64,000 bases of DNA from Bacteroidota bacterium (GTDB lineage Bacteria > Bacteroidota > Bacteroidia > Chitinophagales > Chitinophagaceae): positions 140,856-204,855 of the forward strand of contig JADJJH010000007.1 of NCBI GenBank assembly GCA_016706595.1, in the 5' to 3' direction. The notes under the pieces were generated by a model. It ran no database searches. It had not been told where the DNA came from and saw nothing but the letters and a program-made list of their open reading frames with translations. The position numbers and the translations under genes are program-made. Shown in pieces: positions 7,156 to 15,631 of this stretch. The first letter of the stretch is position 1, and each line of letters opens with the position of its first letter.

Positions 7156-10112
7156 GTGGTTACACGGAAAAAAACTTAGAAGAACATATTGAGAGAAGCT
7201 TACACGAAGTAGGTTACAAATCTCTTCTTCATACTGAGTATGATAGAGTGAATTGTATTGTTCAATCTGACCTCATTGAATTCATCAAAGACACTCAGAA
7301 AGATGTATATGATAAACTGGTAGAACAATATGGTCCCGAAACAGACACCAAACTCATTTTAAGACTGACCAATGAGATTTCAGGACGTGGGGTGATAGAT
7401 TGTCTAAGAAAGGGAATAAAAGACCGTGGCTGTCATTTTTCATTAGTTTATTTTGAACCCAAAAGCGGACTGAATCCTGAACATCAGGAACTCTATCAAA
7501 AGAACCGATTCACAGCCATCAGACAACTTCATTATTCTTCAAAAAATAATAACTCATTGGACATGGCTCTTTTCATAAATGGAATATTTATTGTAACCAT
7601 GGAGTTGAAAAATCAATTGACAGGGCAAACCATTATTGATAGTGAAAAACAATACCGATATGACAGAGACCCGAATGAACCTCTCTTTCAATTCAAAAGA
7701 GTGATAGTTCATTTTTGTTGTGATAATGACAAGGTTTCAATGACGACACGATTAATGGGAGGGAAGACAAAATTTCTTCCATATAACAAAGGGATAATCA
7801 ATCCGATTAATCTTACAGGATTAAAAACATCATATCTCTGGAAGGAGATATTGACAAAAGAAAGTATGTTGGATATACTTGAAAACTTTGTTCATGTTTC
7901 CATTGAGACTGATAAAGATTTTGACCCGAAACTGGGTAAGGTTATTGAGAAGAAAAAAGAACTTTTAGTTTTCCCTCGTTATCATCAGTTAGATGTAATC
8001 AGAAAACTCAGAACATCAGTGAGAACTGAAGGCGTTGGAAATAACTATCTGATTCAACATACAACAGGGTCCGGAAAAAGTTATTCAATTGGATGGTTAT
8101 CACATTTGCTGACCTCAATTTACAGAACCAAGGATGATAACAACCGAATGTTCGACAGTATCATAGTGATTACAGACCGTAAAGTTTTAGATAGGCAATT
8201 ACAAAACACTATCAAGCAACTGGAACAAACAACCGGGGTTGTGAATCCCGTTGATGAAAACTCATCTCAGTTAAAAAAACATTTAGAAAGTGGTAAGGAT
8301 ATCATCATTACGACCATTCAAAAATTCCCCCGTATTTCTGAAACAATTTCTCAATTACAAAGTAAAACATTTGGAATTATTATTGATGAAGTTCATTCTT
8401 CTCAAAGTGGTGAAGGGGCAAAACATTTGAAACAGTCACTTTCAAAAGGTGTGGAATATGATTATGAAGAGAATGAAGAGATTAGTGATATAGATGATTT
8501 CATTAGAGAAGAAATAAGAAGTAGAGGCAAACAAAAACATATTTCCTTTTTTGGGTTCAGTGGGACACCCAAAAATAAAACTTTGGAATTATTTGGTAGA
8601 AAAGATGATGAAGGACACTTTATTCCGTTTCATACATACACAATGAAGCAAAGTATTACTGAAGGTTTTACATTGGATGTATTAGAGACTTATACGACCT
8701 ATCAACAATGGTTTAAACTGAATAAGCGAGTAGAAGAAGATAAGGAGTTACCGAAGATGAAAGTAATGAAGCGGTTGATAAATTTTGTTGACGACCAGTC
8801 TCATACTATCACTCAGAAAGTAAAAATCATTTTAGACCATTTTATAAATCACACTTCAAAGAAATTGGGCGGTAAAGGAAGAGGAATGATTGTTGTTCGG
8901 TCCCGGCTTCATTGTGTGAGGTATAAAATGGAAATGGATAAACAAATGAAAGAGTTGGGACTTCCATATAGTAGTTTGGTTGCATTCAGTGGAAGTGTAT
9001 TTGATTTTGACACCTCAAATGAATACACTGAAAATTCGATGAATAAACTCTCACAAGGAGTTTCAATTCCTGATAGTTTCAAGGACCCGAAATATAGGCT
9101 TCTGATAGTTTCAAATAAATTTCAAACTGGGTATGATGAACCTTTACTTCATTCAATGTATGTAGATAAAACTCTGAGAGGATTACAATGTGTTCAAACT
9201 CTAAGTAGGTTAAACAGAACGACCACCGGAAAGACTGACACTTTTGTTTTGGATTTTGTAAATACCAGTGATGAAATTTTTGAAAGCTTTCAACCATACT
9301 ATCAAAAAACTATTCTGACAGGAGAAACCGACCCGAATAGACTTTATACAATTGAAACCGACATAAAGAAATTCAATCTATTCACCGAATATGAGATACA
9401 AGAATTTTGTGATGTCTTTTATGATAAGAACCAAGCGCAGGAACTTCTTCAACCAATATTGAATAGAGTGGTCCATAATTGGAGTCGAATTGAAGATGAA
9501 AATGAAAGGGAAAACTTTCGTTCTCTGATTCAATCCTATCTCAGACTATACGGATATATTTCACAGATAGTAACCTTTGAAGATATTGACTTAGAAAAAC
9601 TTTATGTTTTTCTAAGATACTTAAACAAGAAATTGCCAAGGAGAGAGAAAGAGAATATTGAAGACATTACTTCCTTAGTGGATTTAGATAGTTTCAGATT
9701 GGAAGAAACATTTAAAGGAAAAATTGCACTGGAAGAAAAAGACGGGGAATTTGAACCTCTTGGAAGTGGAGTCTCAAAAGTATTTGTTGAAGATGAACTT
9801 GATTCACTTACTCAAATTATTCTTAGAATAAATGAAATTTATGGTGACCAAATAACCGATGAAGACAAACTGGATTTAGAGAATATGAAGAAGAGAGTAA
9901 TGACAAACGAAGAACTTCAAAAAGTGATGACTGGTGATAACTCAGAAACCAATAAGCGACATAAATTTGAAGAAGTGATGACTACAATTCTTTTAAGTTA
10001 TGTAAATAACAGACTGGACTTTTATAATAAAATGGATGACCCGAAAATAAAGAACTTCATTGGTGATATTCTTTACTCAGAATTAAAAAATCAAAATCAA
10101 ATAAACCCTTAA
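7152..10112 (+). CDS. hsdR: Type I restriction endonuclease subunit HsdR
   Basis: 986 aa. N-terminal PD-(D/E)XK motif (DMALFINGIFIVTMELKN), SF2 helicase motif I (QHTTGSGKS) and motif II (IIIDEVHSSQ), and later helicase motifs (FQTGYDEP). Confidence 0.92.
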   Translation: MSGYTEKNLEEHIERSLHEVGYKSLLHTEYDRVNCIVQSDLIEFIKDTQKDVYDKLVEQYGPETDTKLILRLTNEISGRGVIDCLRKGIKDRGCHFSLVYFEPKSGLNPEHQELYQKNRFTAIRQLHYSSKNNNSLDMALFINGIFIVTMELKNQLTGQTIIDSEKQYRYDRDPNEPLFQFKRVIVHFCCDNDKVSMTTRLMGGKTKFLPYNKGIINPINLTGLKTSYLWKEILTKESMLDILENFVHVSIETDKDFDPKLGKVIEKKKELLVFPRYHQLDVIRKLRTSVRTEGVGNNYLIQHTTGSGKSYSIGWLSHLLTSIYRTKDDNNRMFDSIIVITDRKVLDRQLQNTIKQLEQTTGVVNPVDENSSQLKKHLESGKDIIITTIQKFPRISETISQLQSKTFGIIIDEVHSSQSGEGAKHLKQSLSKGVEYDYEENEEISDIDDFIREEIRSRGKQKHISFFGFSGTPKNKTLELFGRKDDEGHFIPFHTYTMKQSITEGFTLDVLETYTTYQQWFKLNKRVEEDKELPKMKVMKRLINFVDDQSHTITQKVKIILDHFINHTSKKLGGKGRGMIVVRSRLHCVRYKMEMDKQMKELGLPYSSLVAFSGSVFDFDTSNEYTENSMNKLSQGVSIPDSFKDPKYRLLIVSNKFQTGYDEPLLHSMYVDKTLRGLQCVQTLSRLNRTTTGKTDTFVLDFVNTSDEIFESFQPYYQKTILTGETDPNRLYTIETDIKKFNLFTEYEIQEFCDVFYDKNQAQELLQPILNRVVHNWSRIEDENERENFRSLIQSYLRLYGYISQIVTFEDIDLEKLYVFLRYLNKKLPRREKENIEDITSLVDLDSFRLEETFKGKIALEEKDGEFEPLGSGVSKVFVEDELDSLTQIILRINEIYGDQITDEDKLDLENMKKRVMTNEELQKVMTGDNSETNKRHKFEEVMTTILLSYVNNRLDFYNKMDDPKIKNFIGDILYSELKNQNQINP

Positions 10113-10122
10113 AATAAAAATC

Positions 10123-10647
10123 ATGGCAACAGAAAATACAACATGGAAAGAAAAATCAACTTGGGATAAATCAAAAGAGATACTTGGTATAATTGGCAAT
10201 TTGGCTTTTATCACAATGTTAATATTGAATTTGATAGCTTTAAAGAATCTTATGAAATCCAATAACTACAATAATGAAGTTGTTGGGAATTGTATGACTA
10301 AATATTCAAAAATCGCTTCAAATATCAGAGCGTATAATAATCATAAGGATTCTACAATTGACATAGTGAATACTATGTATGACTATTTCGACTTGACTAA
10401 TGAAGAATTATTTTACATCAGAAACGGTGTTGTTAATCCTGAAGTTAGTGGTGATTGGATAACTGGGATGATAAAGCAAATTAAGATTTTCAAAGAGGAT
10501 AAAAATTATAACACAGTAATTGAAAATTATCCTCGAATAAAGAAAACATTTCTTATTGAATGGTCAGAAATAAAACCTGATATGATAAGCAAGCAGGTAA
10601 TTCAAAATTGTATGAGAAATCTTAATGAATATAATTTGAATCAATAA
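10123..10647 (+). CDS. Hypothetical single-pass membrane protein (174 aa)
   Basis: Starts 10 nt after the hsdR stop. One clear TM helix (ILGIIGNLAFITMLILNLIAL). No recognisable catalytic motif. Confidence 0.5.
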   Translation: MATENTTWKEKSTWDKSKEILGIIGNLAFITMLILNLIALKNLMKSNNYNNEVVGNCMTKYSKIASNIRAYNNHKDSTIDIVNTMYDYFDLTNEELFYIRNGVVNPEVSGDWITGMIKQIKIFKEDKNYNTVIENYPRIKKTFLIEWSEIKPDMISKQVIQNCMRNLNEYNLNQ

Positions 10648-10668
10648 TAAAAATTATTTTGAATATAA

Positions 10669-11271
10669 ATGGAAGTCTATCATCAGTTTCATAATACAAA
10701 CAAATTTTATCCAACTTGGGAGGTGGATTATATCTTTTTGGGAACATTCAATCCAGTTTGTGGAGAGCAGTTAGATTATTATTATAGGCGAAAGAGTAAT
10801 GGATTTTGGAATATTTTAAAGGCTTATTTTGATCCCAATAATGAGTATAATATATTAACCTATATAGAACTTGAATCTTTTGTGAAGGCTAAGAAGATAG
10901 GTTGTATTGATGTCATAAAAAAGGTGACGTTCCCAGATGATATGAGAGACAAGATATGTGGTAAAGGTTATTCCGACCAAACACTTTTCACAGTGACTAA
11001 CTTTAAAAGAGAATACACCTTTGAAGAAATTAAAGAGTTTCTTATTAAAAGAAAAGTAGAAAAGGTTTTTTCAACATGGGGTAAAAGGGATAGCCCAAGT
11101 GAGTTTTTGAATGAAGTAAATAATTTTGTTACCTTTTGTGATGAAAATTCAATTTGCTTCACCCCTCTTCCTTCACCAAGTGGGAGATGTTACCGAGGAG
11201 TAAATATTCCTATTATTACCAATGAGTGGGGCAACAGGATTACAAATGATTTTTGTAAAAAACCACTCTAA
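10669..11271 (+). CDS. UDG-superfamily DNA glycosylase-like protein (MUG/TDG- or hypoxanthine-DNA-glycosylase-like)
   Basis: 200 aa. Motif 1 with Asn reads IFLGTFNPV (compare GINPG of MUG/TDG). It is followed by YYY....NGFWNIL (compare the HP.N.FW pattern). The C-terminal motif 2 reads PLPSPSGRC (compare LPNPSGLS). Assignment is by motif pattern only. Confidence 0.55.
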   Translation: MEVYHQFHNTNKFYPTWEVDYIFLGTFNPVCGEQLDYYYRRKSNGFWNILKAYFDPNNEYNILTYIELESFVKAKKIGCIDVIKKVTFPDDMRDKICGKGYSDQTLFTVTNFKREYTFEEIKEFLIKRKVEKVFSTWGKRDSPSEFLNEVNNFVTFCDENSICFTPLPSPSGRCYRGVNIPIITNEWGNRITNDFCKKPL

Positions 11272-11316
11272 ATACATCAAAAAACCAAAATTGAAATTAT
11301 CCTAAAAATAAAGAAT

Positions 11317-11637
11317 ATGAACCCAATTGAAATTGTCCAATTTCTAAAAAACAATTCTCTAACATTTTGGAATCTACTGAGTGAAATAGATGATGAAATA
11401 GTTTCTTCAATGAGTGAAAATGATAAGGATATTATGGAAAGAATTGGCGAGGTAGAAGAAGTTGAATCATCATTGGTGAATGGAGAAATAATAGTTCATT
11501 TCAAAAATTATGACTTTTATATTAAGGAAGATGAATTTGATGACGGGAATGGAGAGGACCCTTTTTATAAATATAGTTTAGTACATCAGACAGGTGAAAA
11601 GGTAATTCCTATTTTTGGAGTACAACAGAAATTGTAA
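11317..11637 (+). CDS. Small acidic protein (106 aa), paralogue of 12961..13308
   Basis: Rich in D/E. Shares ordered blocks with the 115-aa ORF: P.E/D-I/L..F...TFW/Y; RIGEVEEVE vs KIGEYKTLEE; IIVHFKNYDFYIKE vs TIIHFETLGFYIEE; VIPIFGVQQKL vs KIVFGNHQKL. Confidence 0.5.
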   Translation: MNPIEIVQFLKNNSLTFWNLLSEIDDEIVSSMSENDKDIMERIGEVEEVESSLVNGEIIVHFKNYDFYIKEDEFDDGNGEDPFYKYSLVHQTGEKVIPIFGVQQKL

Positions 11638-11658
11638 TAATCAAACACGGCAATAAGA

Positions 11659-12390
11659 GTGAACTTGCTTAAAATTGGAACAATCAATATTGACTGGCTA
11701 AGAAGGAAAAACAAAATTCTACAGATGCTTATTGATGAAATCAACAGGCAAGAATTCGATTTTTTAATAGTTACTGAGAATGTTGCCTCATTCCAGTTCA
11801 ATGAAAAATATTTTGTATCCAACACAATCCCCATTCCTGTAGACACGGAATTTCAACATTTAGACTATGGTAGTTATTTGAAAGGTGAAACGCCAATAAG
11901 ATGCTCCATTTTTAGTAAATATGAACCAATTGAAATACTCTCTGTAATAGACTCTTATACTTGTATCGCCAGAAAGTATTTAGTTGAAAATATAGAGCTA
12001 ATTATTTACGCCTCTATTATTGGGACCTATGGCATAAGCCATCAAATGGAAATTGCCAAGCCAGAACTTTGCAATTTCAAAACTGATATTGCAAACATAT
12101 TAATTCAAAATAAAAATTTAATTATTGCAGGAGATTTAAACACATCATTTTTTACCGAGGAGAGAAAACAGTTGACACAAATTCAAAGCAGATTCGAATT
12201 AATAAATTTTACAAACAAATACCACATCAACCGAGCTACAGAAAAAATGAAAGATTGCATTGATCATATCTTTTTTTCGGAGAAATTAAATGAGGGCGCA
12301 ATCCTTAGCACAGACACATTTTTCTCGAACAATCAACTAAAAGATGAACCACATAAAGGAATTATTGTAACCATAAATAATTACATTTGA
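11659..12390 (+). CDS. Endonuclease/exonuclease/phosphatase (EEP; ExoIII/DNase I-like) family protein
   Basis: 243 aa with a GTG start in the track. EEP motifs appear in order: KIGTINIDW, DFLIVTEN (catalytic Glu), IIAGDLNTSF (GDxN) and CIDHIFFS (IDHI). Confidence 0.65.
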   Translation: MNLLKIGTINIDWLRRKNKILQMLIDEINRQEFDFLIVTENVASFQFNEKYFVSNTIPIPVDTEFQHLDYGSYLKGETPIRCSIFSKYEPIEILSVIDSYTCIARKYLVENIELIIYASIIGTYGISHQMEIAKPELCNFKTDIANILIQNKNLIIAGDLNTSFFTEERKQLTQIQSRFELINFTNKYHINRATEKMKDCIDHIFFSEKLNEGAILSTDTFFSNNQLKDEPHKGIIVTINNYI

Positions 12391-12393
12391 TGT

Positions 12394-12885
12394 ATGGAGA
12401 GGTATCAAAAAATATTAGATGAAATAATTATTTCAGTAAAAGATTTCAATTTGTATTTAAAAGAGGACAATCAAATTGAATTGCCTTTTGAAAATTTACT
12501 AAATAACCCTTACTATTATTTAGAACTTAAAAACATTCCCTTTAAAGGTTTCCAAATTCCCAGGGCTTGCGAGTATGGAGGCGTTTATTTTTATTTCGGG
12601 TTCAATAAAAATGATATTTCCGAATTACATATTTATGTCGGAAAGGCTTCTCAAAATAGTACTATGGGGAAAAGGTTATATTCACATTTCTACCAAAGAT
12701 TTTCACAAACAAATTTTGAGGGGCATAATTATTATTTTAACAATGATATTCTAATTGAAGGAATGTTATTATTACCAATTGAAAATAATGAACATAAATT
12801 TCTTGCACCGTCAATGGAAGAATTTATTATCACCGACATGAAAGAGAAAAATTATTTACTGATAAATAAAGTGGGTAATTCTTAA
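12394..12885 (+). CDS. GIY-YIG-like nuclease domain protein
   Basis: 163 aa, starting 3 nt after the EEP stop. Reads GGVYFYFG-x10-HIYVGKAS...GKRLYSH (GIY...YIG...R), with a later acidic SMEEFII and NKVGN. The pattern is consistent with a GIY-YIG core. Motif-level call only. Confidence 0.5.
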   Translation: MERYQKILDEIIISVKDFNLYLKEDNQIELPFENLLNNPYYYLELKNIPFKGFQIPRACEYGGVYFYFGFNKNDISELHIYVGKASQNSTMGKRLYSHFYQRFSQTNFEGHNYYFNNDILIEGMLLLPIENNEHKFLAPSMEEFIITDMKEKNYLLINKVGNS

Positions 12886-12960
12886 AAGAGGTCTTCGTAA
12901 AAGGGAATCAAAAACAACAATAAAGGACTTGTAAGAAAAGAGTATTCTAATTTTAAAAAA

Positions 12961-13308
12961 ATGAAAACACCACAGGATTTAATGAATTTTATGACAAAGT
13001 ATAAATATACTTTTTATGATTTTGAAAATGATATTGACTGGAAATTAGAAGAAAGCGGAGATGTTGATACTGAAGGGAATGAATTATATCATAAAATTGG
13101 AGAGTATAAGACTTTAGAAGAGTATGAATTAAATGAGGTGCATGGTTGTTCAATAAAGCATACAATAATTCATTTTGAAACATTAGGATTTTATATTGAA
13201 GAACGACTCCATATAGAAAATGAAGATGTTCAAAAAAAGGAATATTTTATAGTTGAGCCAGTACAAAAGATTGTTTTCGGAAATCATCAGAAATTGAGTG
13301 TCAATTAA
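12961..13308 (+). CDS. Small acidic protein (115 aa), paralogue of 11317..11637
   Basis: See 11317..11637: same block order, roughly 30% identity by eye. Confidence 0.5.
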   Translation: MKTPQDLMNFMTKYKYTFYDFENDIDWKLEESGDVDTEGNELYHKIGEYKTLEEYELNEVHGCSIKHTIIHFETLGFYIEERLHIENEDVQKKEYFIVEPVQKIVFGNHQKLSVN

Positions 13309-13392
13309 ATGCTTGTGTCTCAGAGTGTCTATCACAGGGTCTTTGTCAGGTTATTGAATGAAGAATTCTCCATCTATGGAAGTATCATTAAG

Positions 13393-13589
13393 TTAGAATA
13401 AGGCTCTGACTACATTCTAAAAAAACTTAAAAAATATTTTTTGATTTCATTGACTTTGAATATTTCCAAATTTGTTTTTAAAGTCTTCTGATTTATATTT
13501 GTATAACAAAAGAGATAAGAGTTCAGATGACACCGAACCACCTTATTCTAAAGAAATTAGAAAGGTCAGAGTTAAATAGGTTAGAATAA
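13393..13589. promoter_or_regulatory. Cluster of four TTAGAAT half-sites forming two palindromes plus an 11-bp inverted repeat pair
   Basis: TTAGAATAAGG at 13393-13403 and its exact reverse complement CCTTATTCTAA at 13541-13551 lie 137 bp apart. ATTCTAA at 13414-13420 pairs with the first copy. TTAGAATAA at 13581-13589 pairs with 13543-13551. Confidence 0.5.
13471..13501 (+). promoter_or_regulatory. Bacteroidota-type promoter (TTTG -33 / TAnnTTTG -7)
   Basis: TTTG at 13471-13474, a 19-nt spacer, then TATATTTG at 13494-13501. It points toward the 13767 ORF. The region is AT-rich, so a chance occurrence is possible. Confidence 0.35.
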
Positions 13590-13766
13590 AATCGCCTATT
13601 CACTATCTCAAAAAGATAGTTGTCAATTATCAATAATTATATTGTTTCAGGTTATTTCTGAAATCCATGTTTGACTTTAAATCGAATTCTGATTTTATCA
13701 GTGGTAAGAATTATGGAGCAAACTGAATATTTGATGAATTATGTAATACACTAAAAATTAAAATAT

Positions 13767-14057
13767 ATGAACGAACAATTAGAAAAATTTATTGATTTCT
13801 TGGCGAAATTATCGGATGACGAACTAAGTAAGCTTATGTATATAATTTCCCGGTCAGGGCGGTTAATAATTCCAAACTATTATTTTAAAGACCACGTAGA
13901 AGAATTTGTAGAAGATAAAATTTCTATTCAAGAAATGTGTTGGATTCAAAAAAGTATTGAAAATTATGATTACTATTTTGATAGCGACATTATACAACTA
14001 CATACAGAATATAAGCCGCAAAGAAGAGCGGATATACTCGAAGACTTAAGGTTATAG
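13767..14057 (+). CDS. Hypothetical small acidic protein (96 aa)
   Basis: ATG ORF in a co-directional series. No recognisable motif. Confidence 0.4.
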   Translation: MNEQLEKFIDFLAKLSDDELSKLMYIISRSGRLIIPNYYFKDHVEEFVEDKISIQEMCWIQKSIENYDYYFDSDIIQLHTEYKPQRRADILEDLRL

Positions 14058-14098
14058 CAGAAAGGACAAAGTATTATTAAAAAATAAAATAAATAACT

Positions 14099-14593
14099 AT
14101 GAGAAAAACACGATTGAGCCCTTTTTATCAGGGACCAGAATGGTTGAATGGAACATCTTCTATCAACCTATTAAAAAACAGGATTGGGAAATCTGTCAAT
14201 GGATTTCAAACCTTAAAAACAGGAGTCATTTCAACTAAAAGAGCAACCCGTTATAACGGAGTTTCTTTGAAACTACAAGTAGTGAATGACCTTGTTTATT
14301 TGAAGGTTGGGAAATCACTTTCAGATCCATACTGGAAGATTGATAACATTGTTAAGATGTTATCATTCAAGAACGCTTCAAAGACGATTCTTAAACAGGA
14401 TGTTAGAAAGTGGATTGAGGATGGAAAACTGGTTGTCAGTTTTAATGTTCTCAAAAAAGACCACGGAACGAAGTGGAAATTAATTGACAAGGACACTTTA
14501 TTCAAATCCGCAGAACTCAAACCAAGGGTTAAGTGGGAAAGAACCAAAAAGGAGGTTCTTTTGGATGAGGACGATTTCTTTAGTGACCTGTAA
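14099..14593 (+). CDS. Hypothetical basic protein (164 aa)
   Basis: ATG ORF, K/R-rich, followed by a strong terminator hairpin. Confidence 0.45.
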   Translation: MRKTRLSPFYQGPEWLNGTSSINLLKNRIGKSVNGFQTLKTGVISTKRATRYNGVSLKLQVVNDLVYLKVGKSLSDPYWKIDNIVKMLSFKNASKTILKQDVRKWIEDGKLVVSFNVLKKDHGTKWKLIDKDTLFKSAELKPRVKWERTKKEVLLDEDDFFSDL

Positions 14594-14602
14594 TCAGGCA
14601 TT

Positions 14603-14636
14603 ATTAGCCTCTGAATTTATCAGGGGCTAATTTTTC
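14603..14636 (+). terminator. Rho-independent terminator
   Basis: 12-bp stem (ATTAGCCTCTGA / TCAGGGGCTAAT, one G:U pair), 5-nt loop, then TTTTT. Confidence 0.6.
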
Positions 14637-14740
14637 TTAAAAAGTGTATCATTTCAAAAATGTATCAAAATAATTAGGAAAACATTAGGTTGATACACGA
14701 TTTAATGTATCTTTGTAATGTAAAAGATTAAAACGATACA

Positions 14741-14995
14741 ATGAAAGACTATTTAAGACGATTATTAGATGAAAAGGGAATATCACAGGATTATGTATTC
14801 ACACTTGATACGAATGATTACTGGGGGCATCATATCATTCCCATAGAAGTTCTGATCGAGTTTATAGATAATATGAACCCACAAACTCAGACACAGATAA
14901 AACAGAAATTAGTGGTCATTGATTTTAAGAATGGTGATATTCTTCACTTTTTAGAATTCATCACCCGTAAAATGATAGAAGTTCAAGTCAATTAA
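14741..14995 (+). CDS. Hypothetical protein (84 aa)
   Basis: ATG ORF ending 10 nt before the recombinase start. No recognisable motif. Confidence 0.4.
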   Translation: MKDYLRRLLDEKGISQDYVFTLDTNDYWGHHIIPIEVLIEFIDNMNPQTQTQIKQKLVVIDFKNGDILHFLEFITRKMIEVQVN

Positions 14996-15005
14996 AATAC
15001 ACATT

Positions 15006-15631
15006 ATGAAAGTTGTAATTTTTCCCGCGTGTCCACTATGTCGCAAGACTATCAAAGACAAACAGTAGAATTAAAAGAATATTCTCAGAAGATGGGTTTT
15101 GAAGTTGTCAAAACCTTTGAAGAAAAGATTTCAGGCGGTAAGAACAATGAAGACCGACCAAAATTGATGGAAATGATAAATTTCATCAAGTCAAATCAGA
15201 TTGACAAAGTTCTATGTTGGGAATTAAGCAGAATTGGAAGGAATACTATTGAGGTTCTGAAAACAATCAAGCTTCTGAATGATAATTGTATATCACTATT
15301 CATCAAGAACTACAACATAGAGACCTTGAATGATAAATGTGAGATAAACCCCTTATCTCAGTTTATGATTCAAATTTTGACCTCTGTAAGTGAGATGGAG
15401 AAGACAACTATCAGACAGAGGGTAAAGTCGGGTTATGATAATTTCAGAAAGAACGGTGGCAAGGTTGGAAGAAAAGAAGGATTCAGAAAAGACGATGAAA
15501 CTATACTTAATGAAAACAAGGATGTTTCAAAACTTCTAAAACAAGGCTACTCAGTAAGAAAGGTTATGAAATTGACCGATAAAAGTAGTGGGACCATTCA
15601 GAAAGTAAAGAAATTAATCAATGACAAATAA
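15006..15631 (+). CDS. Small serine recombinase (resolvase/invertase family); first 7 codons are out of frame
   Basis: Contains RVSTMSQDYQRQ (catalytic Ser motif), ISGG...DRPKL, ELSRIGRN, and a C-terminal HTH (GYSVRKVMKLTDKSSGTIQKVKK). ATG at 15006 encodes MKVVIF in another frame. One extra T in the T5 run 15019-15023 would give MKVVIFSRVSTMSQ. The track ORF is 15029..15631 (GTG). Confidence 0.8.
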
